Source: Eledone cirrhosa (lineage: Eukaryota). From it: a stretch of 64,000 bases of DNA. How positions within the stretch are numbered: position 1 is the stretch's first letter; each line of letters starts with the position of its first letter. The position numbers were made by a program, and so were the translations under genes. Shown here piece by piece: positions 12,940-25,234 of the stretch. Under the pieces are notes generated by a model. The model saw nothing but the letters and a program-made list of their open reading frames with translations, searched no databases and was not told the DNA's origin. Location of the stretch: assembly GCA_964016885.1 (NCBI GenBank), contig OZ024744.1, positions 73,222,001 to 73,286,000 of the forward strand. Direction: 5' to 3'.

Positions 12940-15900
12940 CATTCTACCTTCTTGTGTGTCCCCCTCCATGCACCCCCTTCCTTTCTCGCTTGTCTTCTGA
13001 CACCTCCATATCTGATGTAGGTGAGCTATGAGGCCCTATTACCAGCACTTTCCCTTCCAGCCACATACAGTTGTGCCTAGCACCTAGGCTGGTGACAACC
13101 AGCCACTCACTCCTGATGCCGCTTGGTGCCCCAGTCCCCGGCCCCACGCCCCGGCCCGACGCCCCATCCTCCATCCCCACCAGTCGACACCTGCAGCACC
13201 ACGAACAGACGGAAGAGGGGCTGGAACTGTTCGGGGTGCGGCTGCTTCCACCACCTCATCTGTGTTGGCTTGACGCGTCGAGCCTCCAGTGCCCTCGCAG
13301 CGTGGAGATGCAGAAACTGTCTCTTCCCCTCGTCTGCCCAGCCACGGCCGTCTGGCATACCACCAGAGGAGACAGCGAGCTTGCCTGACGCCCAAGCCTC
13401 GCTATTCAACATCGCTCGGCTCAGGCGGCTCCGGAAGATCCTACACAGGATCCCAAGAGCCGCCCGGGTGCCGGTAGCCGACGCCCTCGCTTTGAGAGCC
13501 AGCGACTGAGAGCGACTCTTCTATTTCGTCCCACTCGCCCTCAGCCTCCCCAGCTCTAACGCTGACCGAGTCAGCCGGTCGACAGCGCCCATTCCAAGCG
13601 TGCCTAAGTACGCCACATACCCGGCTCTCGGGTGCCCCCAATCCTCCACCCCTGAGGCCAGCGCCAAGCGTTTGCGTGACCACGTAAACGCCAAATTAAT
13701 CATGGGTGATGTCTCGGCCGCAGTCAGAGTGATTGACTCAGAGGACACTGTCCTCCAACTCACCGAGGAGGTTCTGGCTGTCCTGCGTCTCAAGCATCCT
13801 GAGCCACCCGCTGACCCCAGACTCATACCCTCACCCGATCCCACTTGCTCCTTTTGGCTTCGACGTAGACATTATGACCGCCATCAAGTCCTTCCCAGCT
13901 AGCAGCAGCGTTTGTGCTGATGGTCTCCGACCTGGCCATCTCAAGGAGCTGCTATCCCCCCTCTCCGCTGAGGCCGAGCGCCGCCTTCTGAGTGCAATTG
14001 TCGCTCTCACCAATAGGCTTATCCATGGTGCCCTGGACCCTCACGCCCGAGGCCTCTTTTTCTCGGCTAACCTGACTGCTCTCAGGAAGAAAGAGGGTCG
14101 CATACGCCCCATCGCTGTGGGCAATGTCTTCCGGAAGCTTGCTGCCAAGGTGATCTGCAGGTCCATAACACCTGAACTGGGTCAGGAGTTCAGTCCGGTG
14201 CAACTGGGTGTCGGCGTGTCCGGTAGCTCTGAGGTGGCCGCACATGAAACCAGTCAGTTCTTCAACAGCTACTCACCGGAACCAGCATCCAGGGACTCCA
14301 GGCACCTCATTGTCAAGCTTGACATGAGGAATGCCTTTAACTGCATACGCCGGGACCATCTGCTCGATGCCTGCCTCAGCCAAGTCGCCTCTGCCTACCT
14401 GCTGGCCTACCTGACCTATGGAGCCCTGAGTATGCTCCTTGCTGCTGATACGGTCATACCTTCAGCCACTGGGGTCCAACAGGGCGACCCTTTGGGCTCC
14501 CTCCTGTTTGCTCTTGGAAGAGACCACATTTCCCGGAGTATCACGGCCTCTCTCAACGTTTGGTATCTGGATGATGCTACGTTGGGCGGGCTCGTAGAGA
14601 CTGTCTGCCATGACTTACATTCGGTAGTTCCTGCCCTGGCGGGAATCGGCCTCCAGGAAAACTCGTCCAAGTCGGAGGTGGTGAATGTCAGCCACGATGC
14701 TGAGAGCTTTGCAGCCTCCCTCTTGGACGTGCGGTCCATTCTCCACCACGTACAGGTGACCCCCAAAGAGGATGTCCTCATCCTCGGGTCACCGATCCAC
14801 CCACCGGCCATCCGCTCCACCATCAGGTCCAGGCTCCAACAACTCCAGACCCTCACAAGCCGACTGGGCTTGATCGACAGCCACCCAGCTCTCTTTCTGT
14901 TGAGGAACTGCTTCGCCATGCCGAAGCTCCTCTATACCCTTCGCAGCGCTCCGTGTTACACCCACACATCTCTCCTCACTGACCTCGATACTTGTATCCG
15001 AGCAGCAGCCGAGGAGATATGCAACGTCAAGTTTGACGACATTGGATGGCAACAGGCCATGTCAGATATGGCGGCCTTGGCTTCTGGTCCCCGATTCCCT
15101 GGCTTTGCCGGCGTTTCTTTCGTCGGTAACCTCATGCCGCGTCTTCGTCAGCAGGGTTCTCGAAAACACAATGGAACCCTCTGTGATTAGGGAACGTGAG
15201 GCCGCCTGTGAGACGTGGGACCGGCTCGGACTTAGCCCAGTAGACATCCCTCCTCCTTCTCCACCTGATGACGTCAAGTCCCCCCAAAGCATTTTGGATG
15301 CCATTCAGTGCATCCTGGCCTCAGGCTCACGCGCCAGCTCGACCAGCACCACCTTGCCTGTTTTCGTGCGGCCTCCAAACCCCACAGTGGTGCCTGGCTC
15401 CATGCCTTGCCCTCCTTCTCCACTAGCACGCAGCTGGATAGCCTGCGCATCGACGTTTCCTTGAGGCTTGGCCTCCGGATCTGCGAGCCACACCAATGTC
15501 GCTGTGGATCCAACGTGGACACTTTCGGCTTTCACCCGCTTTCTTGTCGCCACAGTACCGGCCGCCCTCCACGCCATGCTGCCCTCAACGAGGTCATAAA
15601 GCATGGCTTGGGCGTTGCAGGCTTCCCTTCCCAGCTCGAGCCGAGGGGACGGCAAAAGGCCAGATGGTATGATCATCTTCCCGTTCCGCGGTGGAAAACC
15701 GCTCGTCTGGGATGCCACTTGCACCGACACTTTCGCCAGCCGCAACCTGGTGCAGTCTACGACTAACCCAGGTTCTGTTGCACGTCGGGTTGAGTAGGCC
15801 AAACTCTCCAAATACCGGTCGTTCTCCGACAGGTTTGCGGTCGTACCCTTGGCAGTGGAGACTTCTGTTGTCCTCGGCCCTAGGGCTACCTCCTTACTCA

Positions 15901-16050
15901 CCACCATAGGCGCTGAGCTGGCCAGCCGCAGGGGTGAGCCTCGCGAGATGGAATGGCTCTTCCAGTACATCTCCCTTACCATCCTCTGGGGAAACACCTT
16001 CTCCATTCTGTTCACCGGGGCTGTGGGGAGGCCATCAATATGATTGACTG
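12940..16050 (+). mobile_element. CRE-clade non-LTR retrotransposon (PHD finger, RT, CCHC knuckle, restriction-like endonuclease), pseudogenised
   Basis: GC-rich island. RT motifs IRPIAVG, QLGVG, KLDMRNAFN, GVQQGDPLG, WYLDD; SGAWL; CRCG...HPLSC...RH; RLE RPDG...VWDATC...K..KY...PLAVET. Multiple frameshifts and an in-frame TAG at 15795-15797. Confidence 0.9.
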
Positions 16051-16309
16051 ACTTGTCATTTTATCAGTCAACTGTGGTTGTCATTAACAGTTTATCAGAA
16101 TATCTGTTAATTAATTTAAACGCAACTTCAATTTGTTTTAGTTTGTTTTGAATCTGCTGTTCTGTTCGGGTTTTTAAAAAATGGCGTCATTTCCAAACTA
16201 TTTACACTGCTGTCGCCAAGTCGAACCAAAATAAGCTCTTTCTTTCTTTCTTTCTTTCTTTATTTCGTTCTTTCTTTCTTTGACACCCGGATGTAACACA
16301 TGCGCAAAC

Positions 16310-16579
16310 TAAGCACACAACACACACAAAAACAAGATGGCGTAGGACAGAACAAAGGAGAGGCACAAAACAAAGAGAAGAATCCCCAGTCACTGAAGAG
16401 GTCACAGAATGTGTGACGAAAGAACTTTGACAATATATGAACAACCGTCAGATTGTGGAACCAACCAACCAACCGGAAATTTATAAATTCTTAAATTTAT
16501 AAATTTAATTTATAATAAATTGGAGTGAAAGCAACTGGTGCGTGTGTTTCTTATTGGCAACATGACCCTCCCATAGGTT

Positions 16580-16585
<6 letters not shown>
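16310..16585 (+). mobile_element. Second copy of the 6696-7075 family, with an intact hammerhead at 16389-16431
   Basis: GTCA-CTGAAGA-g-GTCACA-gaatg-TGTGAC-GAAA-GAAC-TT-TGAC; the rest aligns to 6810-7075. Confidence 0.8.
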
Positions 16586-16664
<79 letters not shown>

Positions 16665-16694
16665 CGTATATGTATATATATATATATATATATA

Positions 16695-17060
16695 CTAGCA
16701 GTGGTACCCGGCGTTGCACAGGATAAGGTATTTTGAAAGGCCCACAGACCTAATCGTGTAAAACTGCATGCCTCAAATTTGAAAACAGTCGGTTGCGTAC
16801 TTCTTGAGAAGAACCCAACCGACTGTTTTCAAACTTTACACGTGTAATACTTATGTTTCAGGGAGTGTTCTGAGCAAAATGAAATTTAAATTTTCAATGC
16901 CCTAGGGACCGCATTAGGCGATTTAGCGATCTCTCTATATAATTCTTAGTCTTTCTCTTTTTAGATAGATACATACATATAATGTCGTGCCCTTATAATA
17001 ATATCTGTCTGTATGTCTGGCTCTCAGCATTACGTCACTTCCCTGAGGATGTCTGCCTCT
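16695..17060 (-). mobile_element. Non-autonomous Helitron-like element (3' end at 16695)
   Basis: Minus strand GC hairpin then CTAG|T. 16925-17035 matches the reverse complement of 62400-62512 in another Helitron. Confidence 0.6.
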
Positions 17061-17153
17061 GTCTCTGTGTGTGTGTCTGTGAGTTTGAATCCCTAAAACT
17101 CGAGAAGTATATATATGTATATATATATACATACACACAAACACACATATATG

Positions 17154-17184
<31 letters not shown>

Positions 17185-17265
17185 CTGTGTCTGTGTGTGT
17201 GTCTGTTTGTGTGTGGCATAACAACCATGGAGTCCAAAAAATTAATACGTTTCTGTGTTATTACT

Positions 17266-17412
17266 GTCATTATTGACGGTAGAGGGACACTAGTATTAGA
17301 CAATCACTGAATGTTGAAGTCATTATTGACGACACGGGGATGTTAATATTAGATAACCAGTGAAGATCGAAGTCATTATCGACGGCACGGGAGCACTATT
17401 ATCACTGAATAT
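17266..17412. repeat. Degenerate ~53-bp tandem repeat, about 3 units
   Basis: GTCATTAT(T/C)GACG...GG(G)A...TATTA...CA(C/G)TGAA recurs at 17266, 17319 and 17372. Confidence 0.6.
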
Positions 17413-17739
17413 AGAATTAACTCATATTTGATCACTCGAAGACAGTTATTAAAATAACAATGATCATTTTTTTTTATAATTGACAGTCATTTTCCAAACT
17501 AATTAATTAACAAAGTCGAATCAGTTGAGTACTCAACCCTTCTTATAGTAATTAACATGACGTGATATTGTCCATGTTAACAAAAGCGGGCAAAAAAGAA
17601 TAATAATGGAACAATCCTAGTCAAGTTCCTTTGTGTGAAAAATAGATACAACAAAGAGGAGATTTCAGTTGACTGTTCTGGGTTGTGGAGACAGCGGATA
17701 TCATAGTATCTATGATGTCTAAAAGTTTAAAGTCTGTCT

Positions 17740-18470
17740 GGAGCTTGGAGGCTCATCAGACCGGTCTTTATCCCAGTTTACGTGGCGTCAAGCTTCTGTG
17801 AGTACAAGGATTCCATCCCCTGGACAGAACGTTAGTCAATTGCAGGGTTAACCTCCACTCCAGCTATTGCTAGTACTCATTTTCAGCTGAGTATACTGGA
17901 ACAACGTTAAACGAAGTGTTTTGTTCAAGAACACAACACGCCATCCAACCCAGGAATCGAACCTACAGCATTATGATCATAAGTCAAACACCCTTACCAC
18001 TGGGCCACGCGCCTCCACCTTCGTTGGAGTACAGTGCTCTAATGAAAACTTTCAGTAGAGCAGAGTTCAAGCAGGAAGAAAGAATTATTCTAACTTGCAC
18101 CACTATGACTACCACGAAAACCATCAAAACCACTATCAAGTTAAACTGGCACTCCATCGGTTACGACGATGAGTGTTCCAGTTGGTACGATCAACGGAAT
18201 AGCCTACTAATAAAATTAACGTGTATGTGGCTGAGCAATCAACAGACACGCGTAACCTTAACGTAGTTCTCAGGGAGATTCAATGTAACTCAGAATGTGA
18301 CAAGGCGAACCTTTAGAATTACAGGTACAACTCATTTTGGGCAGCTGAGTGGACTGGAGCAACGGGAAAAAAGTGTCTTGCTCAAGGACACAGCATGTCG
18401 CCAGGAATTTAACTCATGACTTTACGACTGTGAGTAGAATACCCTAACCACTAAGTCACGCATCTTCATA
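17740..18470 (-). mobile_element. Two tRNA-derived SINE copies of a second family (CORE/Deu-like motif)
   Basis: Minus strand GGCGCGTGGCCCAGTGGT (A box), GGTTCGATTCC (B box), GTGTCCTTGAGCAAGACACTT-like core, CCAGT..ACTCAGCTG. Related pieces at 48765-49140 and 51820-51925. Confidence 0.75.
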
Positions 18471-19053
18471 CCATCGAGTTAATGTGCTCGCTCTACTTGC
18501 TAAAATAGCTTCATTCCTATTGTCGACTAAGATGAATGCATATACCGGGTTTAATATACCAGGAAAGAAAATCAGGATGAGGTCACCATGGCCAGAACTC
18601 CGATTAAAAAATATAACTTTGTCAAAGAAAACTAAAACATGAAGACCCCTAACGGATAGAAAGGTAATGTGGCCCACGGCGTGATTTAAAATCTGAGTGC
18701 AAAGAGCCGGAATAAATATCCAACGGTCTAGTGACAACATCTTTAGAAAAGCTCGATGTCTTAACGTTTATCCTACCATGTGCAGAATCCACTAGTTTTA
18801 TTGACGCGACCAAGAAGTTGCCTCAATTGATACATTGACCCAAATCGATACATTGCACCATCTGACATTAGAGGCTTATCACAATCTGTCGAATCATCAA
18901 AGAATTCGTTTCCTCCCGCTACGAAGAGGCCGATGGCTGCAAGCGGAATTTAAGTTCAAAACGCAAAGAGTTGGAATAAACACAGCAAGACATAGTCAGA
19001 CATTCCAACAAATGAATAAATAAATATATATATATATATATATAATTGAATAA

Positions 19054-19188
<135 letters not shown>

Positions 19189-19439
19189 TATATAAATAAC
19201 GAAGATGAATACTTGTCATTAAAAAGGCAGCGAAAGAATTAAAAGGAATATCAATCTCAAGAATGCCGAACAAAAAAATATATGAAACCCCACTAATCTT
19301 CTGTGACACAAAAGCACGAATAATATTGATTTTTAAATTGTCAGAATACTCGTAGAAATTCTTCGGTTTATAAATGTTCTTATTTCTGAAAATTTCAAAA
19401 GTTCATGCCCCAACCACAGAAAATAACTATAATTATTTC

Positions 19440-19610
19440 AACTTTTGGTACAAGGCCCACAATTATCACAGTGCATTACTGGTACTTTATTTTATCGACA
19501 CCGTAAGGATGAAAGAAAAAATTAACCTCAGCAGGATTTGAACTGAAACCATAAAGGGTCGTAACTCTATGCTGCAAAGCATGGCGCCCGACGCTCTACC
19601 GATACTGAAC
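19440..19610 (-). mobile_element. Meta-type SINE copy
   Basis: Reverse complement of the 9157-10760 family. Confidence 0.8.
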
Positions 19611-19667
19611 TATAATAAGCGTCTTTAACTATAGAGAATAGCTGAGAAAAATTACGTAAATTACCCT

Positions 19668-19896
19668 TTAACCCTTTAGCATTTAAACTAGCCATATCCG
19701 GCCAGAATTCTCTCATCTTTTTCTGTTTAAACCGAACGTAACTGGCCACTCATACTGCTATTAAAATATTGTTCTCAAAATAAATAATATCAAAACATCA
19801 TAGATTCGATATTATATGAGATAATTATGTGAGGTAAAGCCTTTACCATGAAAATATAATAGTATATATAGGGTAGTGCAAATGTTAAAGGGTTAA
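19668..19896. mobile_element. piggyBac-type MITE with TTAA target duplication
   Basis: TTAA|CCCTTTAGCATTT ... AAATGTTAAAGGG|TTAA. Confidence 0.8.
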
Positions 19897-20737
19897 GGGA
19901 AATTCACGTAATTTTTAAAAACTATTATCTATAGGGATCGACTGTTATTACCGCTATTTTCAGTGTTTGTGACTTTCTCTTTTTTTCAAATTTTGAAATG
20001 TCAAACTCTCCCACCGCCTCGATGCTTCATAAGGCTTGTTCATAACATTGTTTCATTTACTTATCATATTTTTAATTAAGTACACTGTTTATAATTTCAA
20101 CTAATTTTGAAAATAAGAATCCAGAGGGATTTTGTAATAAGACATTCTCGTTATTAGGTTAGTGTTTAGAACATAACTACCTACATCAGTTGTTAGCTGT
20201 CGGGACACTGCATCCTTTAAAACTTCCAACAGTACACCTGGTATTCCCCTCCATACACATGCACGCATGTATCTGTGTGTATATCATGACTCATACAGTT
20301 TACTTTCCTGACATTTGTACATTATTTTATGTTCTATACATGCACCTTTGATGAGTTGTAGTGCACCTGAGCACTATACACAATAATTTCATTATTACTA
20401 TATTATGTTAAATGTTTCGATTATATCTTCGATTTCGTTCTATATGTAAGCTTCTTAAAACTATAACACGTAGATACATATCTTGATAAAGAAAATAGTT
20501 TTCTAGGCACAAGGTCAGACATTTGTGAGTTTTATATTATCGATTTCAAGTATTTGACTAGAGATCGATGTAATCTGTAATTAAACAGTCTAGAGAGAGA
20601 GAACCAGCCAGCCAGCCAGCTAGGCTATATATATATATATATAAGCAAAAGGGATATTCAATTTGTTGGTAATTCAACAAATATAAATGTTTATAACTGA
20701 TTCAAAGCACTCGACAGTTTTCTGGAGTATAATATTC

Positions 20738-21103
20738 AATGATATTAAATAAATGGAAACTATATTTATAAAACCATATTTATTCTATTATATATATTTC
20801 AAGGGTACCAAAACTTTGGTACGCTCTCATCAGATAAAATACAAAGTTTGTTTTATAAATATTGACGCTCGCGCGCAGACACACACATATATACACACAC
20901 TCGCGCGCACACACTCACACACATACACACGCTTAAGGAAAACTTGAACCGTTCAGGTATTTTTCTTGGTTAAGTCAAAATTTATAAAACACACTTCGTA
21001 TTTTATCTGATGAAAGCGTACCAAAGTTTTGGTACCCTTGAAATATATATAATAGAATAAATATGGTTTTATAAATATAGTTTCCATTTATCTAATATCA
21101 TTG
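20738..21103. mobile_element. Inverted-repeat element with two oppositely oriented hammerheads (20781-20841 minus; 20999-21059 plus)
   Basis: ~128-bp arms; TATTTTAT-CTGATGA-(A/G)AGCGTACCA-aagttt-TGGTACCCTT-GAAA-TATATA-TA-ATAGAATA. Window positions 1-40 are another copy of the arm end. Confidence 0.82.
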
Positions 21104-21107
21104 TATA

Positions 21108-21145
<38 letters not shown>

Positions 21146-21146
21146 C

Positions 21147-21273
<127 letters not shown>

Positions 21274-21350
21274 AAATGAGAGAGAAATATGTATGGATGG
21301 ATGGAGAGATAGACAGACAGATATACATACATATATGCAGATAAATAGAC

Positions 21351-21382
<32 letters not shown>

Positions 21383-22503
21383 TGACAAATGGACGGAAAG
21401 ATAAAAGTAAAAATGAATCTCAATGGTATTTGAACACTGAACGAACAAAAACAACAAAAAAAAAAACAACAACAAAACAAAACAAAACAAAACAAAAAAG
21501 ATAAAAAGCCGTATGTAAATCCCACAAGGTATTTTAAGCATTATTTCATAGCATGTATTTGTAGAGTGTTAACGTTTATATTGACTGACGTTTTACGTTT
21601 ATCAGCTAGCTTTATTATATCGATCTCAGGAATGATTGAAAAATAAAACTTGATCGGTGTAATACCTATTGTGATATCCATAGAAAATATTCCCTATGCT
21701 TAAAAAATAAATAAATAAACCAACAGTAAAAAAAATGACTGCAAAAAGCTTGTTACTGAAGTTGAATTTCAATATTTAAGGCAGTAAATTCAATTTTATA
21801 AAATAGAGTATTAGTAAACTAATTATATCATAATTAATCAATTGATTAGATTATTAATAAATTTAAGTAACTGCATCAATAAATAATGTCTTAGATAACT
21901 TAAATTACGAAATATTTCAATATATAAAAAAATAATTTGAAAACTAAACAAGGGAGGTAACTCTATAATTACTTCCCTTGTAATTATGACATTTATAGAA
22001 AGAAATTAGATTTTTATATTTTTTTCAATATGAACATTTAAATACACATGCACGTATACACGCGCGCACATAAGCACATATAATAAACATACATTCACAT
22101 TCGTGCATATATGTATACATAAAAATTGCATATACGCACACACATAAATGGGAAGGTGTTTCAATGTAGGTTTATGTATTTTGTATTTTTTGACTTTGTA
22201 TATTTTTTGTTCTTATTCATTTATTTATTTTTTACTTCATATATATATGTATGTGTTTATATTTATGTCCCTGTCTGTAAACGCTAATACGTTTATGTGA
22301 TATAGTAATTGTCTTCGTAACTTTTAAGTATATGTGCGTCGTCTGGTGAGTCTGCTTGCGCTCTGGTAAAATGTTTTATATATATTTATATATTTTTTCT
22401 ACCCTTCTCTTTCGTCTGTTTGTTTCTCAGACTCACTTTCATATTTCTTAAATATTTTTGTTTTCAAATCCATATTTAATAAAAACACCATGTTTTTTTT
22501 TTA

Positions 22504-22565
22504 TTCATTCTGACGACTGAAAACAGATATAAATATCTGCTTTCAAGAAACCACTGGTAAATGAA
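22504..22565 (+). ncRNA. Type I hammerhead ribozyme motif, apparently intact
   Basis: TTCATT-CTGACGA-c-TGAAAaCAGATAT-aa-ATATCTGcTTTCA-a-GAAA-CC-act-GG-TA-AATGAA. Confidence 0.75.
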
Positions 22566-22695
22566 ATAATTATCTTATGTTGTTTATTACATAACTAATA
22601 AGCTCTGTAACTTACATAGAGCACTCTTTTTTCCTGTACATTTCCGACGGAATTACTTCATTTATATATATATATATATATATATACATAAACCT

Positions 22696-22759
<64 letters not shown>

Positions 22760-22787
22760 AATAGAGGTGTAACACACAAGTTATTAT

Positions 22788-22997
22788 ATATTGGTAAACG
22801 GAATAGAAAATGCAGATCAGAGCAAACATGACGGACGCTCTATCTCAAAATTATTTTTGAAAAGCATTAGAAATGCGCAACCGGTAAAACTTAAAACCAA
22901 AACTGAATACTAACCAATACTATTACTAATTCTCACTTATTCCTAATTAAACTATTTTTCACTGTGAACAATTTGTCAGCATTTTCTATTCCGTTTA

Positions 22998-23004
<7 letters not shown>
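22788..23004. mobile_element. Short element with ~27-bp inverted repeats next to (TA)n
   Basis: ATATTGGTAAACGGAATAGAAAATGC ... GCATTTTCTATTCCGTTTACCAATAT. Confidence 0.6.
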
Positions 23005-23085
<81 letters not shown>

Positions 23086-23112
23086 CACAGACACACACGC
23101 ACACATACATAT

Positions 23113-23153
<41 letters not shown>

Positions 23154-23232
23154 GTGTATGTATATAATAGGTAGATATTCCTGATGTATGCCGGGAGGTG
23201 ACCGCAGTTAGTAGAGTATAGACATCTTTATT

Positions 23233-23359
23233 TTATTATAGAAATGAGTTCTACATGACTAGAACTGTTTCATTCGTAAGTAAACAATGAGAAAAGTCTT
23301 TCCTGACCATTCTTACGAATGAAACAGTCCTAGTCCTGTAGAAGTGATTTCTATAATAA
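23233..23359. repeat. Imperfect palindrome (~48-bp arms) retaining a GAAACAGTC hammerhead-like 3' half
   Basis: TTATTATAGAAAT...CTGTTTCATTCGTAAG / CTTACGAATGAAACAG...ATTTCTATAATAA. Confidence 0.6.
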
Positions 23360-23647
23360 CCATTTCTACTATAGGCACAATGCCAGCAATTTGGGGAGAG
23401 GGGGCAAGTCGATTAAATCGACGCCTGTGCATTACTGGGGCTTTATTTTATCAACGAAAGGAAATAATAGGGGGTGGAATAAGCGGGGAATGGGATCGGT
23501 AATTTTTTTAGGTTGTTTACGTTGATTTTTTTTAAAAACCAGAATTGGGACCCTAACTCATCGTATCGAAAAATCTGAAAAATTAATAAGCGGGGAATGA
23601 TGGGCGATAATTCGTGATTCGAAAATGTGTATGTATATATATATATA

Positions 23648-23698
<51 letters not shown>

Positions 23699-24494
23699 AT
23701 ACGCATATTTATTTTATACTAGACCACCCGTGACCCAAAATATTTTAAAAAAATCATGTTCACTTAAAAATAATTTTTAAATTATTAAAATATACACAGA
23801 CATGTATATAATGTGAAATGAAACTGGAAGGCCCATATATATATATATATATATAAATGTGTGTGTTTGTATACGAAACGACCTGAGCGTAGCCGTCGGG
23901 GTCTACTATCCTAAGTATTGAGTACTCTGGTGCCTTATGGTCCACCTGGTATCTTACCACGCCTTCTTTATGTGTGTGTGTGTATATATATACACTAGTC
24001 ATAGACACACACACACACATACACACACACACATATATATATACACACTCACACACACATGAAACAGGAATTTCCCATTCAAATTGAACTGAGAGTAATC
24101 TGTGAACGCAGAAGTCAATATTTCGAGAAACGTTGCAACCGAAGGAAAACAGGAAGACAATATTTTGGTTCGTGAAGACGTTCCCTGGCAATGAACGGAA
24201 AAAAAAGCGAAGATAATACGTCGTTATGTGGAGTGAGAAGAACAATTTCATGCAAAGACAAGACCAAGTTTATGGTATAAATGGAGTCGTTAGACTAATA
24301 TTCTATTTAAAATAACAGAATGATTTCCAGCCCCGGAGTTTAAGAATGATGCAAATAAAATTGTAAACGAAAATGACAGAGGTTATTAAAATAGTAAAAG
24401 TAAATAGTGAAGATTTAGGCCAGTACATACGTATGCCCCGACGGACATACACATACATGTGCACACACACACACACACACACACACGCGCGCGC

Positions 24495-24596
<102 letters not shown>

Positions 24597-25234
24597 CTAT
24601 TTCGAGCAGTGGGTCGCACAGGTTGTGGTTCATCATAAGGTGAGCTGCACTACTAAAAAGTTCAAGGCAATTTTGAAAATAGACATGCCATTCAGAAAGC
24701 CAGACTAGCTATAGTTTGCCCATGACTCATTCAGAAGATAATAACATTAACACCATCAACAAGAACATATACGATAACAACAACAACACAAATAACAACA
24801 GCACTAACACCATCAACAGCATTGACTAGGCATGAGCAATCTTTTTTCTACAGTGGGCCTCATAAGATATTGCTCATCATAAGGTAGTCTGTACTACTAA
24901 AAAAATTCAAAGCAATTTTGAAATTAGGCGTTCCATTCAGAAAGCCAAATGGACTGCATGTGGTATAGAGCGTTTCTGTGATGTAATAATAACATTGCAG
25001 ACCAAGGTTTAGATATAAATTTGAATATTTTGATAGAAACAGTTTCAGCCATTTAAAGGATGCAGATATTGTTAGTATTGTATGGAGTCTTCAATCATGA
25101 GGCCTCGGGTTAAAGTGATGTTTTGAACAAAGTACGTTTTACTATGTTCTAGGATCGGGAAAAATTGAAATAAGATAGACGAAAGCCCGTGGAAAAGTCG
25201 TACATACATACATAAGACAGATAGACTGATAGAT

